A DNA stretch of 64,000 nt from a virus. Taxonomy: Duplodnaviria > Heunggongvirae > Uroviricota > Caudoviricetes. The notes beneath the pieces were generated by a model. The model made no database searches. It saw only the letters and a program-made list of their open reading frames with translations, and was not told where the DNA came from. Numbering within the stretch: position 1 is the stretch's first letter; each line of letters begins with the position of its first letter. Below, one piece after another: positions 18,573 to 27,921 of this stretch. Both the position numbers and the translations under genes were made by a program. The DNA is taken from IMG/VR virus record IMGVR_UViG_3300032327_000093, positions 5,215 through 69,214 of that record; one strand, given 5' to 3'.

Positions 18573-18817
18573 TGCCATCAAGTGATTGGACTACGATATC
18601 GGCTAGTGACTATCATTTCAAAAGATGTATTATGGGTAGAAAATTAAAGTTTACCCTTATCCCTAGACGTTGCTATGTCACAAAGCGTATAATATGGTTA
18701 AAGAGTGCATATCGTATTACCGCAGGATATCCAGTAGGGTTTGCAGATTGGTTGTACGAACATCGGTGGTATGATAAAGATGAATATTTAATAGCAAGAT
18801 TAAGGGATTTAATATGA
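18560..18817 (+). CDS. hypothetical small protein
   Basis: ORF. Confidence 0.3.
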   Translation: MGHLMPSSDWTTISASDYHFKRCIMGRKLKFTLIPRRCYVTKRIIWLKSAYRITAGYPVGFADWLYEHRWYDKDEYLIARLRDLI

Positions 18818-19011
18818 GATTTGAAATGCGTTGGCTTGTTACACCAAATTGGGATGAAGGTCCCGAGAAGATATTACAATATCGCTATGAAAGAGAAATA
18901 ACAGATTACAGTTTACAGAACCCAACTACAGGTTCATTTATAACTAGAAAAGAATTGACTGAATGGATCGATGTTCCAACAGTAGATGAGGCGTGGAATG
19001 CGGACATATAA
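18814..19011 (+). CDS. hypothetical small protein
   Basis: ORF. Confidence 0.3.
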   Translation: MRFEMRWLVTPNWDEGPEKILQYRYEREITDYSLQNPTTGSFITRKELTEWIDVPTVDEAWNADI

Positions 19012-20356
19012 CAAACGCATTGGCTTCCTAATTGCGGATCAACATTTTATTCCACATGGTGGAATAGGACAATTTGCTAAAGGCTTTACAGAGTTATGTC
19101 AGCGTATCAACTGGAAAGTTGATATCATATTAGACAAGCAACCTACAAATGATTTTAGCGAATATGTAAAATCATTGGGTGCTAATATTGTATATCCTGA
19201 TGATCCATTAAGATATTCTTCACATACTGCTACATTCGCATTTAGTGATAGCATTAACTTTGAGAAGATGGTTAACTTTAGAGAAAGTTTACTAAAGGCT
19301 TTTCATACTAATATCTATGACATGCTAGTGTGTAACACACAGGAAGCAATGAGTGCTGCATATGCTATGGGCATTGGTAAGTATATTCCAGTAGTATTCT
19401 ATACACATTCATATAGCATGGTATTTCGTGATGAACAAGATTTTAGTGATGTTTGCATAGATGAATATCATAGTTACTTCAATAAACATATGGAACTGGC
19501 ACATGTTTTTGTAGGCACACAGAGTCAAAAAAATGTAAATGAACTTACTAAGTACGGGGCAAAGAATGTTGCATTATTGCGTATGCCATTGAGTGAACGT
19601 GGATTACTTGAGCCTAACAATGGACCTCGTAGTGGTGTATTGTTTATTGGTCGTTGGGAAGAACGCAAGAATCCGTCAGCTTATATTAAAGTAATGAAAG
19701 AGACAGGATTGCCTTGTAAGGTAATGACTAATGGTACTGGTGCAAAGAAGTTTGAGAAAGCATTTAGTGAAGCTGGTATCACAGACTATGAAATCAAAAT
19801 TGCCATTGTAGGACAAGAGAAGGTAGACTTCATTAAGAGTTGTAAAGTATTCTTCATGCCAGCATTAGGCGAGAACTATCCGTTTGCGTTTAGTGAATGC
19901 TTAGGACATATGCCATGTGTTGTATTGGACAATCAGGAATGGTCCGATAACTTTGATGAAAAGTATTTCTATAAAGAGAAACTAGAAAACGCAGGCAATT
20001 TAATCAGCATGTTATATATTGTTGATAATTATTATACTACTGGTGCATTAGATTATATATATGACCTAGATGATGTTACGGCTAAAGGTTGGATAACATT
20101 CTTGGACAATTTCGTTGCAAAGCGTAGCAATACAAATGCAGCAAAGATTAACACATATGAAACTGTATGCTACCGTGACTATATAAAAGAATTGAATCGT
20201 AGTCACTTAGCCCGTGAAGATTTTGAAAGTGTATTGGCTAATCGTCAGAAGTTTATCATTAACACATATACAGATGACAATAGCTATTTGAGTAAAGACC
20301 CGTTATTCAAGCCAGTAGAAGAAGAAACAGGGTTAGACTTATTCGAAGGATTATAA
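18986..20356 (+). CDS. glycosyltransferase (GT-B, group-1/GT4-like), paralog of 14586-15758
   Basis: LFIGRWEERKNPSAYIKVM resembles the GT4 E-x7-E region; 456 aa. Confidence 0.5.
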   Translation: MRRGMRTYNKRIGFLIADQHFIPHGGIGQFAKGFTELCQRINWKVDIILDKQPTNDFSEYVKSLGANIVYPDDPLRYSSHTATFAFSDSINFEKMVNFRESLLKAFHTNIYDMLVCNTQEAMSAAYAMGIGKYIPVVFYTHSYSMVFRDEQDFSDVCIDEYHSYFNKHMELAHVFVGTQSQKNVNELTKYGAKNVALLRMPLSERGLLEPNNGPRSGVLFIGRWEERKNPSAYIKVMKETGLPCKVMTNGTGAKKFEKAFSEAGITDYEIKIAIVGQEKVDFIKSCKVFFMPALGENYPFAFSECLGHMPCVVLDNQEWSDNFDEKYFYKEKLENAGNLISMLYIVDNYYTTGALDYIYDLDDVTAKGWITFLDNFVAKRSNTNAAKINTYETVCYRDYIKELNRSHLAREDFESVLANRQKFIINTYTDDNSYLSKDPLFKPVEEETGLDLFEGL

Positions 20357-21177
20357 TGAAAAAAGTATTAATAACAGGGAACAGTGGTTACATAGGTAGT
20401 CATCTTAGTAAGATGCTATACAAAGATTATGAATTGTATGGACTAGATATTAATCCATCACAGTTCCCTGTAACAGACCATTTTCAAGTTGATATCAATA
20501 AAGTATTCAATATGGATATGGAATTTGATTGTGTGATTCATTTAGCAGCATTGGTCAACGTAGGCGAAAGTGAAAAGAAACCTATTCAATATTACATTAC
20601 TAACCTGAATGGTACAATGAATGTTATCAACAAGATAAAGACAAAGAATTTTATCTTTGCTAGTACAGGTGCAGCAGTAGGTTGTGCTAGTGCGTATGGT
20701 ATCAGTAAACGTGCTGCGGAAGATGTTGTGCGTGAGTATTGCACACAGCATAGACCTACACCATATACTATCTTTAGATTCTACAATGTGATTGGTAGTG
20801 ATGGGTTTGAACCAACTAATCCAGATGGACTAATGTATAACTTAATGCAAGCAAAAGAGAAGGGTGAGTTTACTATCTTTGGTACTGATTATAATACATT
20901 TGATGGAACTTGCATTCGTGACTATGTGCATGTGAATGAGATATGCGATGCATTGCGTACTGCTATCGAAAAGCCAAGCAATCAAGTAGAATCATTAGGC
21001 CACGGTACAGGTCATACAGTTAGACAGATTGTTAACCTATACAAGAAGGTCAACAACATTGACTTTCTAATAAAAGAAGGGCCAAGAAGAAAGGGTGACT
21101 TAACAATATCTGTGTTAGATAATGTGTCACCCTATATGAAAGAGTTATACTCTTTAGAACAACTACTTAAGGTTTAA
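20356..21177 (+). CDS. NAD-dependent epimerase/dehydratase (short-chain dehydrogenase/reductase (SDR) family, short form)
   Basis: N-terminal Rossmann TGNSGYIGSHL; catalytic YGISK (YxxxK). Confidence 0.6.
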   Translation: MKKVLITGNSGYIGSHLSKMLYKDYELYGLDINPSQFPVTDHFQVDINKVFNMDMEFDCVIHLAALVNVGESEKKPIQYYITNLNGTMNVINKIKTKNFIFASTGAAVGCASAYGISKRAAEDVVREYCTQHRPTPYTIFRFYNVIGSDGFEPTNPDGLMYNLMQAKEKGEFTIFGTDYNTFDGTCIRDYVHVNEICDALRTAIEKPSNQVESLGHGTGHTVRQIVNLYKKVNNIDFLIKEGPRRKGDLTISVLDNVSPYMKELYSLEQLLKV

Positions 21178-22748
21178 TGTCTTAATAGTAATGTTGATAT
21201 AACGTTAGGATCGTTTGCACTGATATCACCTTCACCCGGTGCAACGATAACATTATATTTCATACCAGCTGGTATTGATTTGCGTTTAGCCATGTACTCA
21301 GCATAACTCAATATAGAGTTAGAACTTAATCCATACTGCTTAGCCAATCTTTGTTTTAGTTCAGGTAGTTTGTCAGGTTGTACTTGCCATTGTCCTTCTT
21401 CCCCTTTAACTAAGTTTTTCTTTTCATCCTTGACTAATAAGTCTTGGAACAATTCATCAGGAACAATGCGACTATTCTTAGTTGTATCTAAGTTAGCGTC
21501 TTTAGCTTTAACTTGTTTCTCTTGGCTTGTGTGAGCACCTTCACTCCAATTGATGATGAAGTTGTCTGGCTTATCTGCTAATGCTGCACCAGCCATCTTA
21601 GTGTAAGCATAGAATCTTACATCAGGGTGTTTAGCAGCCATCTTTAGTGCCATGTCTAAGTATTCTGGACTAAAGAAGTCACCAGCATCATGCCAACGAA
21701 TTGTTGTTTGCCAACCATTAGGGAATTTCTTATCACCCTTTGCTCCTGCACTTGCTTCTTTAGAAATCTCAGCACTTAACTGATTAAAGAAACCATCTGG
21801 ATCATTCAATAGATATGTAAGTATTCTTCCGTCACTTTGCCATGGACCTTGGAATTGAATCTTGCCGCCTTTCATAGCGAAACAATCTACTTTACAACTA
21901 CCAGCACCTGGGCATGTGTTAACAACGATTAGATTATTTGTTTGTTCGTCTAGTGCTAATCCAACCAATGCTGCAAAACCAACATTAAAGAATTGCTCAA
22001 ACTCACCATTACTATGCTTCATCTTTTCATTTTGCTTTAGTAATGTTTTAGGACGAATCGCTAATGTTTTCTTAACCGCATCTTCATCAAATGTTTGACC
22101 ATCTGGACTCATGTAAGTAACTACACTACTACGATGTATGTAAGGCATTTTATATCTGTCTGATTTTGTTTTACCAGACACATACTTTTCATTACCCTTT
22201 TTATCTACTTTAACATTGCCTTGTTTATCTACATCGGGTGTACCAATGATACGCTTCATGTAGTCTTGGAACTCTTGACCACCCAAATCACGGGTACTTG
22301 CTGGTAGTTTAGTTGCTTCATCTAGTCCAGATAGGCTACGAATTCTACTCAATTGTGATTCGGATAATCCATCTTCAAGTTCTTCTGCTGGCCAACTCAT
22401 ATGGCTGCGACCATGCTCATCACCGGCACGAACAACAAACACGCCACCATTGTCATACCCATCATCTTGACCGATTTCCCAACCTGCTGACATTAGTAAT
22501 TTTTCTACACGAGGATCTTCATCACCGTTCCACCATTGAGCAGCAAGACGTTTTAGTGTTTCGTCACTAAATCCATCATCACCATCATCATTAGGAGCGA
22601 ACTCTTTTAATTCTTCATCAGATTCTTCTTTGTCAGATTTTGCATCACCGGCACTAGCAACGAATTGCTGAGGTGTCATAATCTTTATGCCACTAGGGGC
22701 ACCTGGCATACTTGGCTCTGCGCCCTCAAATAGTTCTTTGAAATTCAT
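21174..22748 (-). CDS. hypothetical 524-aa protein with CTS-like N-terminus (MNFKELFEGA); putative encapsidated/ejected protein
   Basis: First gene (3' end) of a three-gene minus-strand block; acidic N-region; CTS-like decapeptide. Confidence 0.5.
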   Translation of the reverse strand: MNFKELFEGAEPSMPGAPSGIKIMTPQQFVASAGDAKSDKEESDEELKEFAPNDDGDDGFSDETLKRLAAQWWNGDEDPRVEKLLMSAGWEIGQDDGYDNGGVFVVRAGDEHGRSHMSWPAEELEDGLSESQLSRIRSLSGLDEATKLPASTRDLGGQEFQDYMKRIIGTPDVDKQGNVKVDKKGNEKYVSGKTKSDRYKMPYIHRSSVVTYMSPDGQTFDEDAVKKTLAIRPKTLLKQNEKMKHSNGEFEQFFNVGFAALVGLALDEQTNNLIVVNTCPGAGSCKVDCFAMKGGKIQFQGPWQSDGRILTYLLNDPDGFFNQLSAEISKEASAGAKGDKKFPNGWQTTIRWHDAGDFFSPEYLDMALKMAAKHPDVRFYAYTKMAGAALADKPDNFIINWSEGAHTSQEKQVKAKDANLDTTKNSRIVPDELFQDLLVKDEKKNLVKGEEGQWQVQPDKLPELKQRLAKQYGLSSNSILSYAEYMAKRKSIPAGMKYNVIVAPGEGDISANDPNVISTLLLRH

Positions 22749-23488
22749 TTCTTATTGTTCCTAATAAATTGTTCAGCAAGCATTACTAATTCGTGTAGTT
22801 CCTCAATAGATTCGCAATGCCATCTACGTAGACTTTTATTTATATTGCTGTTTGGGTCTCGTGCTGTTTTAGCACCGGTACGATGTTTCTTCATGCCACG
22901 CATTCTTGCACAGAAGCTAGCACGGCGTTTTGCTGCCTTACTACCTTTTTTAAGTTTACTTGGTTTAGTTGTCACTGCTGTTTGAATCTTGCTGCCAGGA
23001 TGACTGCGGCGATAACTCTTAACAGACTTTTTACTCATTCCGCCTACACGTTTGTTGTTGTGCTTTGACCAATTCTCGCCTTCATCCATATCTTGCTTCA
23101 CTCTAGAAACTGGAACGATAAGTGATTCGTATTCGCTGATATCAACAATATATGCCGGGGACTCTATACCTTTGCCTGAATCATATCTAACGATTTTACC
23201 TGAAACCATTTTTCCCTTGTGAGGTACTGTAACTTGTGTTCCAGGAGAAAGAATAGTACTCTCTCCCTCCGCCAAACCTTCTGATTTGTTACCATAGTTA
23301 GCTGCACCTTTTTTGCGACATTGTACTAGCCTACCTGACGCATACGCACTTGGCCATACCTTAGCAGAAGATTTTATCTTGTAATAGCAAGCATCTTTTT
23401 TCTCCATGAGTTCAGATTCTGAAACTATTGGTCCACCGCAATGTGGGCATTTGTTATGCGATTCAGTTATGATTTCTAATATTTTCAT
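22745..23488 (-). CDS. zinc-ribbon (CPHCGG) protein with Lys/Arg-rich tail; N-terminus MKILEIITES is CTS-like
   Basis: C-x2-C...C-x?-C zinc ribbon near the N-terminus; basic C-terminal half (KKGSKAAKRRASFCARMRGMKKHR). Confidence 0.5.
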   Translation of the reverse strand: MKILEIITESHNKCPHCGGPIVSESELMEKKDACYYKIKSSAKVWPSAYASGRLVQCRKKGAANYGNKSEGLAEGESTILSPGTQVTVPHKGKMVSGKIVRYDSGKGIESPAYIVDISEYESLIVPVSRVKQDMDEGENWSKHNNKRVGGMSKKSVKSYRRSHPGSKIQTAVTTKPSKLKKGSKAAKRRASFCARMRGMKKHRTGAKTARDPNSNINKSLRRWHCESIEELHELVMLAEQFIRNNKK

Positions 23489-24909
23489 TTTCCTTTTCCT
23501 TTAGTACTGACATTTATTGCTTTACCTGAACGATTAGCATTAGGATCCTCACGGCGTTTTCTAGCAGCAGCCGATGCTCTTCCTTTTTTACCTAAACTAT
23601 GTGCTTTGCTTTGTGGTAGACATTTGGGTTTTCCTTCTGATTCACTTCCTCTAGCACAGTCTCCGCGGATCTTTCCATCTGGGCCAAATCTCACCCATTT
23701 CTCTTTGAACCATTTGTGTAGATTTTCAAGTACTTGTTCTGTCTCTGTAGCTTCTGTACTTTCTTTCGGGACACAATTAGGAACTTGTTTGCCGCCCTTA
23801 TTTTTCATGCCCACTTGCTTATGTGTACTCCAACATGCTTCATCTAATTGTTTTACTATCCAATCATCAGGAATCATATGGTTTTTCTCAACAAATTCAT
23901 TATGTAATTCATCACCAGTCAAATTATGTTTTTTACAAACTGATTGCATCATTTTGTCAATATTCGTATAATTTAACTTTATATCTCTTTCTTTTGCCTT
24001 TAGCAATAGTTTTTCTAATGTGTGTACTGCCCCCGGTATTTCTTCACCAGAAACTTTGAACGGCTTCATGTTTCCTGACTTCATAAATTCAGGTTTCTTT
24101 TCCTCAGCCACACCTTGTGATTTGCGGATATACTCATTGGCAGCATTTTGTGCATCTTTGCTGTCATCACCAAAATGAAGATTTACAATATTTGAATAAA
24201 TTTTACTTGCTTGTTTCTTATGTTTATCAGCAGTTGTGTAGTCTCCGCGATTTTCCGCTTGCCGTGCTTGACTTTTATGTTTGGAATAAATTTTAATTTT
24301 ATCATCTAAAGAAAGCATCTTGGAGCCTTCCGCCACACCTTGCTCTCCGATGTTTACACTTTGTGAAGAATGAAACGGGCTGTGGATGTTGGTATCATCG
24401 TCAGTTGACGGATCGCGGCGTTTCATTTTAGCAGCATGTGCATCATCACTGTGCATTTTATTAACCAAGGCTCTCATTGGATCAGTTTTCTCTAATTTCT
24501 TCTGCGCTCTTAATTTGTCCATGTGACGATCAAATGCTGCTGAATCAAATGCTTCCGCTACACTCTGCTCACGCTCTGCTTGACGCTGTGCCCAACGCTC
24601 TTTGTTGCGTTGGACTTGTTGAGGACTTGCTTTCTTTTCTTTGCTTAGGTCACGATATAATGCTCGACCCAATGCGCTGGTATGAGGATTCTTTTCAGCC
24701 TCTGCGGCTTTGTTGGCCGCACGGCGCCTTTTCATGTAATCTGCGTTGTCTCGATCAGTGGATCCTGAACCTTGATCCGCAAACACCTCATCAATCTGGT
24801 CACCTTCCGCCACACTTTTTGGCTTCTTGCCAGCTTTCTTCATAGCGATGGCTATCGCTGCTTGCTGTGCAGGACTACCAGCTTCGGATATAAATTCGGT
24901 AAATCTCAT
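23485..24909 (-). CDS. hypothetical 474-aa highly charged protein with CTS-like N-terminus (MRFTEFISEA)
   Basis: ORF; low-complexity K/E/R/D-rich sequence. Confidence 0.5.
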   Translation of the reverse strand: MRFTEFISEAGSPAQQAAIAIAMKKAGKKPKSVAEGDQIDEVFADQGSGSTDRDNADYMKRRRAANKAAEAEKNPHTSALGRALYRDLSKEKKASPQQVQRNKERWAQRQAEREQSVAEAFDSAAFDRHMDKLRAQKKLEKTDPMRALVNKMHSDDAHAAKMKRRDPSTDDDTNIHSPFHSSQSVNIGEQGVAEGSKMLSLDDKIKIYSKHKSQARQAENRGDYTTADKHKKQASKIYSNIVNLHFGDDSKDAQNAANEYIRKSQGVAEEKKPEFMKSGNMKPFKVSGEEIPGAVHTLEKLLLKAKERDIKLNYTNIDKMMQSVCKKHNLTGDELHNEFVEKNHMIPDDWIVKQLDEACWSTHKQVGMKNKGGKQVPNCVPKESTEATETEQVLENLHKWFKEKWVRFGPDGKIRGDCARGSESEGKPKCLPQSKAHSLGKKGRASAAARKRREDPNANRSGKAINVSTKGKGK

Positions 24910-24946
24910 GTTTTTGTCCGTAAATAGTTGACTTTATTGCGTAAAT

Positions 24947-26014
24947 ATGTTACACTATATGTATTATTTATCACTTTGGGCTTTTACCTTGACAAATCAA
25001 TCTATCAAACGCATCGGTTTTGCTTGCAAATTTAGTGAACTAAACAGCAAGGGTGAAGTCTGTTCGGTCAAAGAACTTAACACAGGTGGTACAACTCGTG
25101 CATGGGTCAATAGACAATCTCGTAGTGCCGCAGAAGAAAAGATACTTGATGTATCAAAGCAAAATATACTGCATACACACAATTTAGTTAAGAAGGTAGC
25201 AACACTACGACCTGAACTACGAATGGTTCGTCTTACTAGTGATATGTTGCCTTTCTACACAATGGACGGCTGGCAAGACTTTTGGCATGACAAGTCAATG
25301 CAAGATAGTCTAGCCCGATGGTTTGCACCCATTGGTGAAACTGCGCGGGCTAACGATGTTCGTCTTAGCTTTCACCCTGACCAATTTGTAGTTTTAGCTA
25401 GCGACCGTGAAGAAGTAGTAAATAAGAGTATTGAAGAATTTGAATATCATGTTGACATGGCCCGCATGATGGGTTATGGTAAACAGTTTCAAGATATCAA
25501 AATCAACGTACATATCAGTGGTCGTAAAGGTCCACAGGGCATTCGTGATGTGTATGGAAGACTGTCACCCGAAGCCCGTAACACACTTACACTAGAGAAT
25601 GAGGAATATACACATGGACTACTTGACTGCTTATCATTATCTGACCTCGTACCTACGGTCATGGACATACATCATAATTGGATACGTGAAGGAACATACA
25701 TTCAGCCTAATGATGTACTTGTACAACGTGTTATTGATAGTTGGCGTGGCATCCGCCCTACTATGCATTACAGTGTTAGCCGCGAAGATGTACTTGGAGC
25801 ACATCCCGGACATGTCTTACCCGATCATGGTGCGTTGATCAATGAAGGATACAGTAAGCAGAAACTCAGGGCACATAGTGATTACTACTGGAATGACGCT
25901 GTGAACGATTGGGCATTGACATTCTGTGATAACTTTGATATCATGTGTGAGTCAAAGGCAAAGAATCTTGCCAGCTTTAGATTATTTGAGAGATATAAAA
26001 ATGGGACTATTTGA
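24947..26014 (+). CDS. UV-damage endonuclease (UvdE/Uve1-like)
   Basis: RIGFACKFS N-terminal pattern and a TLTLENEEYTH (xLENxE) motif typical of the UvdE TIM-barrel family; 355 aa. Confidence 0.5.
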   Translation: MLHYMYYLSLWAFTLTNQSIKRIGFACKFSELNSKGEVCSVKELNTGGTTRAWVNRQSRSAAEEKILDVSKQNILHTHNLVKKVATLRPELRMVRLTSDMLPFYTMDGWQDFWHDKSMQDSLARWFAPIGETARANDVRLSFHPDQFVVLASDREEVVNKSIEEFEYHVDMARMMGYGKQFQDIKINVHISGRKGPQGIRDVYGRLSPEARNTLTLENEEYTHGLLDCLSLSDLVPTVMDIHHNWIREGTYIQPNDVLVQRVIDSWRGIRPTMHYSVSREDVLGAHPGHVLPDHGALINEGYSKQKLRAHSDYYWNDAVNDWALTFCDNFDIMCESKAKNLASFRLFERYKNGTI

Positions 26015-26477
26015 TAAACTATTCGGCGTAAACGCAAAAGAAAAAGCATTGGAAGCATTAGTTGCTACACCAGAAACCCCTAAGGTAAAGAAACCTCGCA
26101 AACCTAGGAAACCTAAGGCACCTAAGGTAGAGAAGGACCAGCCAACTACATCAGACAAAGCTAAAGCTACTGAATTAGGTTTACCCTACGTTAATATATT
26201 AAAGATGGAATTAGACCCATATGATATTAATACAGGAGCATTTGAACTTGATTGGAATGATAAATTTGTATTAAACTTGATTCGTGCAGGATATAAGATA
26301 CGTGATGATGATACTGATACAATGATAGTTGATCGGTGGTTTCAGACCGTGGCGCGCAATATAGCACTTGAACTCTATGAACAGCAGCAAGCTGATCCGG
26401 AGAATAGAGCAATGGCTTCGGAAATGAGAGTGGTCCGTGCTAAGGATTTAGGTGATGGCCGTACAGAAGTTAGCTAA
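26001..26477 (+). CDS. hypothetical basic protein (PRKPRKPKAPK repeats); start taken at the internal ATG 26001 with RBS
   Basis: The ORF track starts at 25926 but overlaps uvdE. The ATG at 26001 (gagagatataaaaATG) is the more plausible start. Confidence 0.4.
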   Translation: MGLFDKLFGVNAKEKALEALVATPETPKVKKPRKPRKPKAPKVEKDQPTTSDKAKATELGLPYVNILKMELDPYDINTGAFELDWNDKFVLNLIRAGYKIRDDDTDTMIVDRWFQTVARNIALELYEQQQADPENRAMASEMRVVRAKDLGDGRTEVS

Positions 26478-26483
26478 AAAAAG

Positions 26484-26512
26484 TTGACAATTAATGGTTT
26501 TGGGTATATAAT
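26484..26512 (+). promoter_or_regulatory. consensus sigma70 promoter TTGACA-17 nt-TATAAT (cassette copy A: TTGACAattaatggttttgggtaTATAAT)
   Basis: Exact -35/-10 consensus with 17-nt spacing; the spacer AATGGTTTTGGGT is shared with copies at 38606-38634 and 38935-38963. Confidence 0.6.
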
Positions 26513-26533
26513 ACTCTATAACTTAGTAAATAT

Positions 26534-27322
26534 ATGTCTGCAATATCATTTAACTTGTTCAAATCTTCATGTGGGGAACGCGGCTATACCGATCGTGTAT
26601 ATGAAGACCAAGGCAGTTTAGTATTATACACTAATAACGGCATACGTTGCCTTATCAGAAAAAATAACTATGCTATGGGATTTGGAGCCAATCTTAAAGA
26701 TGTTAACGACATTCGTGAGCGCCTGCTGAGCCAAGGGTTTACTGAATTACCCGGTAAACGTAGTCAACGTAAAGATGGTAAGGACTTTGTTAATATCAAG
26801 TTTGATGGAGATATCCTTGAAAACTTTTGGATTATCATTAATACTATTGAAAGCATTGAAACAATTGTAAAGAAGGTTCGCGGTCAGGCTATTAAACCTA
26901 TTCCGCGTGAAGTGTCCGAACGTAATATTTTTGAGAAGATTGCCAAACGATTCCGTTACTTTATTGACAACGAAGATGGATTTGGTTTAGAGAACGCCCG
27001 TTCATTGCTTGAAGGTGACAGTATCGACCATTTGATCACTATTGGTGAATCAGTAAAACGTACAAAAGAAAACACATACCGAGAACATATCGTTCCTTGT
27101 ATCATGGTTTTCAATCAAGCGGTTACAATGACTATGGAAAAACGTAGTGTTACCGAAATAGCACAGATGATTAAAAATAATCTAGCTATTGTATTGATTA
27201 CTAATGAGGAAGCCGAGTTATTGGACAACGAATTGGATATGCAGACTACTATGCCTGAAGGTTGGAATTTCGGTGATAGTGTGTTTGCGCGGCTGGATGT
27301 TGCAAAAATACTACTTAAATAG
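26534..27322 (+). CDS. hypothetical protein (262 aa), expressed from a consensus promoter with a very short leader
   Basis: ORF. Confidence 0.45.
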   Translation: MSAISFNLFKSSCGERGYTDRVYEDQGSLVLYTNNGIRCLIRKNNYAMGFGANLKDVNDIRERLLSQGFTELPGKRSQRKDGKDFVNIKFDGDILENFWIIINTIESIETIVKKVRGQAIKPIPREVSERNIFEKIAKRFRYFIDNEDGFGLENARSLLEGDSIDHLITIGESVKRTKENTYREHIVPCIMVFNQAVTMTMEKRSVTEIAQMIKNNLAIVLITNEEAELLDNELDMQTTMPEGWNFGDSVFARLDVAKILLK

Positions 27323-27325
27323 TAG

Positions 27326-27354
27326 TTGACAATAAATTAATTTTGAACTATAAT
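27326..27354 (+). promoter_or_regulatory. consensus sigma70 promoter TTGACA-17 nt-TATAAT
   Basis: gttgacaataaattaattttgaactataat. Confidence 0.55.
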
Positions 27355-27381
27355 AACATTTTACACTTTCAATCATTAATC

Positions 27382-27921
27382 ATGGATATCAACTTTTACC
27401 GTAAAAAATTAGAGAATGATCCCACTCTGTTTGATTTGTTAGCTATCCGAGGATATGACAAACATAATAAAAAACTTATGCTACAACATATCAATTCTGG
27501 TGAAATTGCAATGGGTGCTATATGGGAAAACGCATTATCTATGTTCATGCCATTTACTAAACAATGCTCATTGAATAATATGTCAATGGATTGGGATGAA
27601 GGAACTGATGGTAAATTTGTCATGACCAGTATTAACAATAATATTAAAGAACTTAAAGTAAGTATAGGAGGTGTTAAAAATAAAACAGGTACACTTAGGG
27701 TTTGTATTTGTTCTAGGCAAGACAACTACAAATTGTATTTTATGTTAATTCCTTACTCTGTATATAGTAATTGGCCTACTAATACCTGTTCTCCATTGAA
27801 ATTGGCGTTTGATAGAGACGGTATCCCAAAGGGATCTAAGTGGAAAGAGTATGCGGGATTTGTTGTTCCCTTTTCACTTGTATCTGCACCCATGTCTACT
27901 ATAAAATTCGTAAACAAATGA
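27382..27921 (+). CDS. hypothetical protein (start moved to ATG 27382, downstream of the promoter)
   Basis: The ORF-track start 27343 lies inside the promoter; the next in-frame ATG, 27382, follows the -10. Confidence 0.4.
   Translation: MDINFYRKKLENDPTLFDLLAIRGYDKHNKKLMLQHINSGEIAMGAIWENALSMFMPFTKQCSLNNMSMDWDEGTDGKFVMTSINNNIKELKVSIGGVKNKTGTLRVCICSRQDNYKLYFMLIPYSVYSNWPTNTCSPLKLAFDRDGIPKGSKWKEYAGFVVPFSLVSAPMSTIKFVNK

Noticed and set aside
27343-27381. ORF-track start of gene 27343-27921
   Set aside because: This start lies inside the TTGACA-17-TATAAT promoter (27326-27354), so it cannot be in the transcript. The start was moved to ATG 27382.
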